Shown here piece by piece: positions 28,963-36,809 of a DNA stretch of 57,330 nucleotides (position 1 is its first letter; every line of letters begins with the position of its first letter). The notes beneath the pieces are model-generated. The model made no database searches, was not told where the DNA came from, and was given only the letters and a program-made list of their open reading frames with translations. The stretch spans positions 1 through 57,330 of the forward strand of contig CAZHPY010000001.1 in NCBI GenBank assembly GCA_964534705.1. Direction: 5' to 3'. This stretch comes from an uncultured Planctomycetia bacterium. Its GTDB lineage: Bacteria; Omnitrophota; Gorgyraeia; 2-01-FULL-45-10. Made by a program: the position numbers and the translations under genes.

Positions 28963-30006
28963 CTATTTGATATCCTGCCAGGACAATTGAGTATTGACCG
29001 GGAGATCCCTATTGAACGCCTTCCCAAGGACATTCTCGAAATCCCGGGCTTTGATCGAACCGTTACCCGGCCTTTTGCACCAAATATTCTCAGGGCTCAG
29101 GACTTCACCCTTTTTCACATCTTTTATAGTAACAACACAGGCATAAGCAAAATTTATTGTTGGCTGCTCTTCCTTTAAAATGTCTTTTGACCCGCCTAAA
29201 GCAGCAAAGACCGCCCGTGAGCCATCAATGAGATCTTTAAGCTTTACTGGATCGATAGATAACGAGATATCTGGCCCGGGCCAGCTTTTATCTGACGTAA
29301 AATGCTTTTCCAATACCTTCGCACCCAGGGCAACCGCCGCAAAACATGTATAATTACCCGTCGAATGGTCGCTCAATCCCAAGATGGCGTCAGGAAAAGC
29401 CAAGGAAAGCTCTGATATCGCCCCTAGTCTCACCTTGTTATATGGCGTGGGATAGACAGAAGTACAATGCATCAGCACAAATGGGATACGGGCCATCCTG
29501 AGGATCTCCACGGCAGGCCGCACAGTCTCCACGCTATTCATTCCAGTGCTCAAGATTACAGGTTTTTTATACAAAGCAATGTGTTTTATCAACGGATAAT
29601 TATTGCACTCACCCGATCCGATCTTATATGCACAAACATCCATCTTCTCAAGACGTACTGCTGCCGCACGCGAAAAAGGCGTGGAGAGAAATATCATCCC
29701 CTTGGATTCCACGTATTTTTTTATCTTACGTTCCTCGACTTCGGTCAAAGCACACCTAGACATAATATTCCAGATGCTCTCTTTTGCATTACCAGGGATC
29801 ACATTATTAGGGATCATTTCATCCTCGATTACATGCGACTGGAATTTAACGCATTCGCACCCTGCCATATGAGCATCATCAACCATGCGGACAGCCTTTG
29901 CAAAACTGCCATTGTGATTGATCCCTATCTCAGCTATGATCAAAGGAGAATGGCCATTCCCTATGGTGCGGCCTCCGATAACCATCTCTTTTTTTATACC
30001 TGCCAT
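28963..30006 (-). CDS. neuB: Nonulosonic acid synthase (NeuB / LegI / PseI family) with a C-terminal SAF domain
   Basis: 347-aa ORF with PLIIAEIGINHNGS, GLSDHS, and a C-terminal SAF-like segment, VVTIKDVKKGEVLSPENIWCKRPGNG. Confidence 0.9.
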   Translation of the reverse strand: MAGIKKEMVIGGRTIGNGHSPLIIAEIGINHNGSFAKAVRMVDDAHMAGCECVKFQSHVIEDEMIPNNVIPGNAKESIWNIMSRCALTEVEERKIKKYVESKGMIFLSTPFSRAAAVRLEKMDVCAYKIGSGECNNYPLIKHIALYKKPVILSTGMNSVETVRPAVEILRMARIPFVLMHCTSVYPTPYNKVRLGAISELSLAFPDAILGLSDHSTGNYTCFAAVALGAKVLEKHFTSDKSWPGPDISLSIDPVKLKDLIDGSRAVFAALGGSKDILKEEQPTINFAYACVVTIKDVKKGEVLSPENIWCKRPGNGSIKARDFENVLGKAFNRDLPVNTQLSWQDIK

Positions 30007-30027
30007 GATCCTACCCTTAGCCGCCCT

Positions 30028-30672
30028 TCATTTAACCAATTCGACAAAATTATTCAATATCTGCAATCCTACCATAGCACTCTTTTCAGGATGGAACTGG
30101 CAACCGTAAATATTATTTTTATGAACAGCGGAACAAAATGCATTTCCGCCATAATCAGTAGTACTTAATATGTCACCGGCATCATACGGCTGCGCCGTAA
30201 AACTATGCACAAAATAAACATTGCTCTGATCTTGCATGTTATTAAATATAGTCCCGAGCCACCTATCTTTCTTTGGCTCATTTATTCTGTTCCATCCAAC
30301 ATGCGGTATCCTATCATTACAGCCTTTTTTCAGAGATAATCTCACTACCTTTCCATTTAGCAGACCCAAACCTTTTGTCAGGCCGAATTCCTCCCCCTCA
30401 CCCATTAACATCTGCATGCCCAGACAAATCCCCAAAAACGGCTTCCCGGTCTCAACGAACCGATAGATCGTATCAATAAGGCTGTATTTCTTTAAATTAT
30501 CCATCCCTGCCTTAAACGCCCCTACGCCCGGCAAGACCGCAGCGTCATACGAGAAGATATCTTTATTATCCCTGCTTAATGTCGGATCTGCCCCTACTTT
30601 TTTAAGCCCCATCAGTATACTTTTTACGTTTCCTATATCATAATCGATAACAAAGATGCGTTTTCTTTTCAA
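30028..30672 (-). CDS. HisH-like glutamine amidotransferase subunit, copy 2 (in the NulO cassette)
   Basis: 214-aa ORF with IFVIDYDIGNVKS, GICLGMQML, HVGWN and GCQFHPEKS. It is clearly divergent from copy 1. Confidence 0.9.
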   Translation of the reverse strand: MKRKRIFVIDYDIGNVKSILMGLKKVGADPTLSRDNKDIFSYDAAVLPGVGAFKAGMDNLKKYSLIDTIYRFVETGKPFLGICLGMQMLMGEGEEFGLTKGLGLLNGKVVRLSLKKGCNDRIPHVGWNRINEPKKDRWLGTIFNNMQDQSNVYFVHSFTAQPYDAGDILSTTDYGGNAFCSAVHKNNIYGCQFHPEKSAMVGLQILNNFVELVK

Positions 30673-31427
30673 ATTCTCACCTCTACGCTATTTCTACATA
30701 AACGATCCTTGATCTCGACGATCGAGGAAACATCATAATGCAGCATCGAAGCTACTGCTACGGCGTTAACCCCCGTGTTCAGTATCAGATCGCTGATCTG
30801 TTCCGGCGTGCCGGCGCCTCCGCTGGCAATAACCGGTATCGATACGCGTTCCGTCACCTTCTTTATGAGATCAACATCAAATCCTTTTTTCGTACCTTCC
30901 TGGTCAACGGAGGTCAAGAGTATCTCTCCGACGCCAAGGTCTTCAAGCCTCTTTACCCACTCTAAAACATCTACGCCGGTGCACTCTCTACCGCTGTCAA
31001 TATACGCTTCCCAGGAGTTCCCCTTCCTTTTGGCTTCGACTGAACCGACAATGCACTGGGAACCAAATATCCTTGAGGCTTCCTTTACAAAATCCGGCGT
31101 CTTTATAGCCTGTGTATTTATAGCCGTTTTATCCGCTCCGGCCCTTAAGGCTTTTTCGATATCGCCTATAGTCCTTAATCCTCCGCCTATCGTCAATGGC
31201 ACAAAAATCTCCTCGCAGGCTTTTTCAATCAAATGAAAGAGACCGTTCCTGTTGTATAGGCTCGCAACTACATCCATATATATTAATTCGTCAGCGCCAC
31301 CAGTATAATATTTGCGAGCAAAGTCTTCCGGCTTGCCTAAAACCCTGACCCCTTCCAGATGGATCCCTTTTACAAGATTAGGGCCTTTAATATCGAGCCG
31401 GGGGATTATCCTGATCTTCCTGTTCAT
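30669..31427 (-). CDS. HisF-like cyclase subunit, copy 2 (in the NulO cassette)
   Basis: 252-aa ORF with IIPRLDIKGPNLVKG, IGGGLRTIGD and IASGGAG. It has 4-nt overlaps with both neighbours. Confidence 0.9.
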   Translation of the reverse strand: MNRKIRIIPRLDIKGPNLVKGIHLEGVRVLGKPEDFARKYYTGGADELIYMDVVASLYNRNGLFHLIEKACEEIFVPLTIGGGLRTIGDIEKALRAGADKTAINTQAIKTPDFVKEASRIFGSQCIVGSVEAKRKGNSWEAYIDSGRECTGVDVLEWVKRLEDLGVGEILLTSVDQEGTKKGFDVDLIKKVTERVSIPVIASGGAGTPEQISDLILNTGVNAVAVASMLHYDVSSIVEIKDRLCRNSVEVRI

Positions 31428-32845
31428 TTTATATAGTGCCTCGCGCCCCTGAAACTACTATTGTCTCCGAAGTAGAGCTCTCTAAAATCGTTTATCATGG
31501 ATTCTGCTCTTGCCATATCTTTTGACGTATGCATATAGTGATCCGTTATAAGTTCTTTATTGGCGTCAAAAAGAAGGTTGTAAAATTTATCTTCGGGTAT
31601 GTCGGTAAAATTGACAGTGACAAGATCAGAGTTTTTAAAAAGAGTGAAGAAATCTTCGGCTCCGGAAATATATTTTTTCTTTATGGCTTCGTAATAAAGA
31701 TCGCAGCCCGGATAAGGCGTAACAGGCCTTACGGTTCGGAGCTGGTCATAAGTATTATACTTCTTTATAAGCTCCACATTGCTCCTGAGGGACTCTTCAG
31801 TGTCTCCTATATTGCCCCACAGGAAGTTAAGGCCAAGTCCTATGCCGATCCTTCCGGCAATTTCTGCGGCCCGTATATTCTGTCCGACAGTTGTCCTTTT
31901 TTTCATAAGGTCTAACACTGTCTGGTCAGAGGATTCCATTCCAAAATTGAGGAACTGGCAACCGCAATCTTTCAGGGCAACTGCAAGTTCTTCGTCAAAA
32001 AGATCTACCCTGGCATTGCAGGAAAATTTGATCTCCAAGCCCTTATCTTTTAAGGCGTCCCTGAATTCGTATAACCTTTTTTTTGAGAATATGAAAAGCT
32101 CGTCAAGCATAGTGAAATAGTTAACGCCGTAATTTCTTTTCAAAAAATCTATCTCTTTGATTACATTTTCCACGCTCCTGACTCGTATGCCATCCTCCAT
32201 CCTATAACAGAAATTACATCTATTTATACATCCCCTGCTCGATATCATGCCAAGCACAATATCTTTACTATCAGCGCGGAAAGGCTTAAGGCAGGATGTG
32301 TATTTATCCATCGGAAAAAGCGACCACTCCGGAAACGGAATAAGGTCAAGATTTTTTATGGGCTTACGCCTTTCATTCAAAACGGGTCGGCCATCTTGCA
32401 CATAAGCTATGCCTTTCACTTTTGCAAGATCGCCCCGGTTTTCCTTACATCGCACCAGTTCCGTGATCGTCTCCTCAGCTTCTCCTATTACAATGATATC
32501 TGCCTTTGTTTTCTTTAAAATATAATCATGGACAGGTGATGGCCCTGGCCCGCCGAGAATAAGCCATGCGTTTTTCTTGTGAAGACCTACCATCTCGCAG
32601 AGCGGCACTATCGTCTCAATGAACCGCGATGCCAGAAAGCCTATTCCTATCATGTCGAAGTCATTATTATCCAGAAAAACGGCAAGCTCATCATTTGTAT
32701 AATGAAATACGTCCTGGCAGTACACTTCAACATCTATACCGTTATTCCTGAGTATGCCAGAGAGATAGGCCGGTCCCAGAGGAAAATGATTATCATCCTG
32801 ATAAAGGTCGTGTATTATAAAAAGAACTTTTGGTCGCCTATTCAT
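31424..32845 (-). CDS. B12-binding-domain radical SAM enzyme (class B), copy B, embedded in the NulO cassette
   Basis: 473-aa ORF. The N-terminal cobalamin-binding-like domain contains KVLFIIHD...LILGGPGP. The radical SAM motif is SSRGCINRCNFC. Confidence 0.85.
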   Translation of the reverse strand: MNRRPKVLFIIHDLYQDDNHFPLGPAYLSGILRNNGIDVEVYCQDVFHYTNDELAVFLDNNDFDMIGIGFLASRFIETIVPLCEMVGLHKKNAWLILGGPGPSPVHDYILKKTKADIIVIGEAEETITELVRCKENRGDLAKVKGIAYVQDGRPVLNERRKPIKNLDLIPFPEWSLFPMDKYTSCLKPFRADSKDIVLGMISSRGCINRCNFCYRMEDGIRVRSVENVIKEIDFLKRNYGVNYFTMLDELFIFSKKRLYEFRDALKDKGLEIKFSCNARVDLFDEELAVALKDCGCQFLNFGMESSDQTVLDLMKKRTTVGQNIRAAEIAGRIGIGLGLNFLWGNIGDTEESLRSNVELIKKYNTYDQLRTVRPVTPYPGCDLYYEAIKKKYISGAEDFFTLFKNSDLVTVNFTDIPEDKFYNLLFDANKELITDHYMHTSKDMARAESMINDFRELYFGDNSSFRGARHYIK

Positions 32846-33542
32846 ATTGCGCCTTAAGCAGTAATTCTGCCAGTTTCATATCAAGCTCGCTGTCTATGTC
32901 AATAGACCTGCCGGCCGGCATTATATATGCGAATGTTCTTCTGCCAAAAAACCCTTTAACCTTTTTAAGATAATCTATATACGAGGCGTAGATGACACCG
33001 TTTAAGCGATAAGACGCAGGGAATTCCTGCCTGTTCTTATTTTTCATTTTCTGACTCATGAAATCCTTCATGCACCCATCAGGCGGAAGCAGGTTTACCC
33101 ATGAAGGGGGATAACCCGTATCGCATACCGAGATAATAGCCTGCGCATCCTTAACAAACATTTCCTCTATTGAATTATCGATATCCTCGACGGCCCTAAG
33201 GGGTGACGTAGGTTGTAAAAGCACTATTATATCGAACAGCTCATGCTTCTTCCTGAAAAAATCGGTCGTATGCAATATAACATCTACCATGGGAGTTTTA
33301 TCTCCGGCTAATTCTACTGGCCTGACAAATGGAACGAGTGCGCCATATTTAAGCGAGATGCTTGCTATCTCCTCATCATCCGTAGAAACTACAGTCTTAT
33401 CAAGATACTTGCTTTGGAGCGCGCTTTCTATGGTCCACGCAATAACTGGTTTGCCACAAATTTCCCGGATATTTTTTCTCGGAACGCCCTTAGACCCGCC
33501 TCTCGCAGGAATAATACCCAATATCTTCTTGCCCTTATACAT
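32838..33542 (-). CDS. neuA: CMP-nonulosonic acid synthetase (acylneuraminate cytidylyltransferase, NeuA/LegF family)
   Basis: 234-aa ORF with the N-terminal motif LGIIPARGGSKGVPRKNIREICGKPVIAWTI and the later LLQPTSPLR. Confidence 0.9.
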   Translation of the reverse strand: MYKGKKILGIIPARGGSKGVPRKNIREICGKPVIAWTIESALQSKYLDKTVVSTDDEEIASISLKYGALVPFVRPVELAGDKTPMVDVILHTTDFFRKKHELFDIIVLLQPTSPLRAVEDIDNSIEEMFVKDAQAIISVCDTGYPPSWVNLLPPDGCMKDFMSQKMKNKNRQEFPASYRLNGVIYASYIDYLKKVKGFFGRRTFAYIMPAGRSIDIDSELDMKLAELLLKAQYE

Positions 33543-33559
33543 TTATAAGCCTCCCGGCA

Positions 33560-34774
33560 CTATTCAACCTGATGCTTAAGGCACCACTCCCCGTTCGTGC
33601 CCTTGCGCCACAGATGCTCTGAGCGCGCGTTGTCAATAACCTGCCAGAACTCTTCTTCGGATATACCTATGTATGACAGGAACTCTTTAAAATATCTTTT
33701 TGGGAATTCCCCATCGTATTTCTTGACGAGTGCCACACCTTCTTCACGCGTTATATGGCCACGTCTTATTTCCTGTGAGGCGTCATAGGAAGCCCTACCT
33801 ATCCCGAATTTTATAAATGATGTAAAATAATGAAAACCATCTATCTTATCATCGAGGCTGGAATACTTAGAATAAGTCCCTTCAGTCCGTTCCGGATTTA
33901 CCTGAAAACCGCAATTCTCCGACGCATAGTAGAAATTTGACTGAGAATCCCATTTTACATAATAACTGAGGTAATGAACCTCGGTCTTATTTTTCATGAC
34001 TTCATCCATATCTACGGGAAGGTAGAGATTCAGTTCGGAGCGCGGTATTCCGTGTTCGGTCAGCTCGTCAATAGGTAATCCTGACAATTTTATATCAAAG
34101 ATCTTTTCTTTTTCAACGGCAAAATACCTTGATTCCATTAGCGGGGAGTTATTATTGGCTACGGTCGAGTTAATTTCGGCTGGGTTTTCACCATAAATTA
34201 TAAGAGGTATCTTCTTTTCGACCGATAATCGCGGGGATACATTCTTCTGGCCTATTATGAAAGGCTGAAATGGATGAACCAGGTTTTTAAAGGCCAGCTG
34301 CGTCAGTTTTTTGTGAATTTTACCGTTAGGGGTAACCAGTATGTTGTCAAAGCCGGTATGGATCAGATTCTGAAAGTTTCGCCACCCTATATCGGTATAG
34401 ATGTGCGGCGCCCAAGTAACGGTCAGCGGGTTCATTCCATATTTGTACTTCAAAAGATGGGCAGCAAAACAGCTGTCTTTCCCTCCGCTGCTGGCCACTA
34501 TAACATCATAGTATCCGTCATTCCTACGATGCTTGCCAAGAAGCTCTTTTAACAGATTCTCTCTTGCCGTCCAATCGGTCCTGTCTTTTATCTCACCGAA
34601 TCGGCATGCATGGCATACGTCATCTTCATCAAAAGTCAAAGTCGGTTTCCTGTCCGATCTTTGATGCCTTGTCTCTACGACCGCCGAAGGCACCTGATTT
34701 GACATAACGCATTTCTTGCAAAATTTAACTTCTGGCGGGAGACCCCACTTGACTTTAGTTTGGTTAGTTGCCAT
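33560..34774 (-). CDS. N-acetyl sugar amidotransferase (PseA / WbuX / WbpG family), copy 2
   Basis: Contains PPEVKFCKKCVMSNQ...CHAC and the PP-loop VASSGGKDS. I set the start at MATNQTK (34774), which avoids a 61-nt overlap with the upstream gene. The track ORF extends to 34864. Confidence 0.85.
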   Translation of the reverse strand: MATNQTKVKWGLPPEVKFCKKCVMSNQVPSAVVETRHQRSDRKPTLTFDEDDVCHACRFGEIKDRTDWTARENLLKELLGKHRRNDGYYDVIVASSGGKDSCFAAHLLKYKYGMNPLTVTWAPHIYTDIGWRNFQNLIHTGFDNILVTPNGKIHKKLTQLAFKNLVHPFQPFIIGQKNVSPRLSVEKKIPLIIYGENPAEINSTVANNNSPLMESRYFAVEKEKIFDIKLSGLPIDELTEHGIPRSELNLYLPVDMDEVMKNKTEVHYLSYYVKWDSQSNFYYASENCGFQVNPERTEGTYSKYSSLDDKIDGFHYFTSFIKFGIGRASYDASQEIRRGHITREEGVALVKKYDGEFPKRYFKEFLSYIGISEEEFWQVIDNARSEHLWRKGTNGEWCLKHQVE

Positions 34775-34803
34775 GTCTGCTTCTTCTGCCTTGTTTTTCA
34801 AAA

Positions 34804-35784
34804 TTAACTTCTCTTTTTTCCAACAAATATAAACTGTTCCGGAGTAGTAAAACCGGATGAACATAAAAATCTATCTACCATGTTGATCCACTTCGCAACT
34901 TTATGCTCCATGTCTACTGATTCCATCCTTAAGCCTCCTATTATCCTGTCAAAAAAAGAAAAAGTATTCTTGAATTCCAGCTCTTCAAAATTAGCCTTGA
35001 GGGCAGGATACATATCGGAAAAAGCCGCCTCATTGTCCAGCGGCGACTGAACATTCTTCCCGGAAGAATCCTTATAATCAAACTCATTCTTTATCCCTTC
35101 CAATAGTCTTTTTAGCTCCTCCTCATCTTCAGGTAGCTTGACAGGTTGATAGTAATTATTTCCCAGCGCCAATAACATCCTGATAGAATGTATTATTGCG
35201 GCATCCGCATCCCTTAACCTTATCCTTGTCGGTTCGGAAACAAAAATAATGCCTCTCGCAGTAAGTAACGATGATACCTTGCGCAGCACCGCATCCTGAT
35301 CTCCGAAATGGTGAAGGGACGAAGAAAATACGGCCATATCGAATTCATGTTTGCTATTGAACTCATGAATATTCGAACAGATATACTCAAGTCTGCCCCT
35401 GTGTTCCTTATAAGGGTCTTTTCCCGCCACATCTCGCGCTATTTCCACACATTTTTTTGAAATGTCTATGCCTGTCACATTATATCCATAACGGGCAAGT
35501 TCCAATGAAATGTGGCCCGGACCGCACGCAACCTCCAGAACGTTAACATCGCTGGGTTCAGTTTTTAAATAATTACTGATAATCTTTCTTATATAGCTAA
35601 CTACTTCTCCAAACAGCATTTGAGCGTAAGCTGCGTCGCGCCATGGATTATTATAAAACCATTCACACCTACCTGCCGTCCTCAGGTCCGGAACGTGCCC
35701 ATGGCTTACCCTCTCTTCTATCTGGCTGTCAAAAGACCTGGATTCTATCTTCAGTTTTTCCGAATAGTTATTATCATCTTTCAT
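34804..35784 (-). CDS. Class I SAM-dependent methyltransferase
   Basis: 326-aa ORF with VLEVACGPGHISLEL, a TGIDIS acidic loop and LTARGIIFVSE. Its start overlaps the upstream radical SAM stop by 1 nt. Confidence 0.85.
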   Translation of the reverse strand: MKDDNNYSEKLKIESRSFDSQIEERVSHGHVPDLRTAGRCEWFYNNPWRDAAYAQMLFGEVVSYIRKIISNYLKTEPSDVNVLEVACGPGHISLELARYGYNVTGIDISKKCVEIARDVAGKDPYKEHRGRLEYICSNIHEFNSKHEFDMAVFSSSLHHFGDQDAVLRKVSSLLTARGIIFVSEPTRIRLRDADAAIIHSIRMLLALGNNYYQPVKLPEDEEELKRLLEGIKNEFDYKDSSGKNVQSPLDNEAAFSDMYPALKANFEELEFKNTFSFFDRIIGGLRMESVDMEHKVAKWINMVDRFLCSSGFTTPEQFIFVGKKRS

Positions 35785-36785
35785 TAGATCCCCCTCGCTG
35801 CCGTTAATTCATTTTCAATAAAAAAGGTCTTTTTATCTTTTTTAAATACGTTTGCAAATTCGATCCAGCCATTGCAGGACTTGCATAATTTAAGCTCATT
35901 CCACCTGGAATGCAGATGTTTATCTATCATATCTTTTCTTAATTCCGATCCTGTCCATATATCTGATAGAGATTGTTGACTTAAATTACCAAACTTGTTT
36001 TCGTCAAAAAAATCCGCAAAGCAGGAACATACGTTTCCCTTATGGCTTATATTCGGATATAGCCATAAATAAAGGCATGGATACCGCTCTATGCTGACCT
36101 TTTCTATAAAATCAAACTTATCGCCCCAATTGTGCAGAGTTTGACTGTAGGTAAAGACATTGTAATCATTCCAGAATCTTTCAAACTCATCATAATAAGG
36201 CTTGTTCTCTGCGGTATTCAAGAATTGGACACCTATCATGACATCTATATTATTTCTATCCCTCAGTTTTATAGCTTGTATGACATTATTCAGGATCTTC
36301 GAAAAATCCTGATAATTAGTCAACTTTGTGTAAAGGTCTGGATTTATCGTCTGCAACGAAAAAATAAGCTGGTCTACACCGCTCCTTAGAACTTTTAAAG
36401 CCAGGTCTTCGCTGAGTATAAGGCCGTTCGTGTTCAAGGTTATATAATGCAGCCTGTTGTTCTCTTTGATACCGGCAATGATATTAAAGAAATCCGGGTG
36501 TAGAATATTTTCGCCTCTTGTCCCAAACTGAAAATATGTAGGCACATCTTTAGCATCGTTTAACAAGCGCTTTATGATATCCATATCTATAAATTCTTTC
36601 GGAACATTTACAGTGCTCTGCGGGCAGTAACTGCATCGAAATGTACAGTGCCCGCAAAGGTTAAGTGCAAAACCATGCGGCTGGCTTATCTGATATTTTA
36701 TGTTCTCAATCAAATCCGGTTTTATAATACCGTTCAATATAAGTTTCTCACGCTTCTTGTCTAAAGAGCTCTGTTTTTTATTCAA
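35784..36785 (-). CDS. Radical SAM enzyme with a C-terminal twitch/SPASM-like Cys-rich domain
   Basis: 333-aa ORF with the CxxxCxxC motif LCGHCTFRCSYCPQ. The C-terminal GNVCSC...GNLSQQSLSDIW...CKSCNGW resembles an auxiliary-cluster domain. Confidence 0.8.
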   Translation of the reverse strand: MNKKQSSLDKKREKLILNGIIKPDLIENIKYQISQPHGFALNLCGHCTFRCSYCPQSTVNVPKEFIDMDIIKRLLNDAKDVPTYFQFGTRGENILHPDFFNIIAGIKENNRLHYITLNTNGLILSEDLALKVLRSGVDQLIFSLQTINPDLYTKLTNYQDFSKILNNVIQAIKLRDRNNIDVMIGVQFLNTAENKPYYDEFERFWNDYNVFTYSQTLHNWGDKFDFIEKVSIERYPCLYLWLYPNISHKGNVCSCFADFFDENKFGNLSQQSLSDIWTGSELRKDMIDKHLHSRWNELKLCKSCNGWIEFANVFKKDKKTFFIENELTAARGI

Positions 36786-36809
36786 TATGCACGCTCCCTT
36801 TATTCCATT

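Noticed and set aside
29467-30168. 233-aa plus-strand ORF
   Set aside because: It lies antisense to the NeuB-type synthase and the HisH-like genes, both of which carry unambiguous family motifs. It has no motifs of its own.
33560-34864. Long N-terminal extension (MFIRFYYSG...) of the second amidotransferase as given in the ORF track
   Set aside because: - The extension would overlap the upstream methyltransferase gene by 61 nt and has no family similarity.
- The internal start at 34774 (MATNQTK...) restores a normal family N-terminus before the FCKKC motif.
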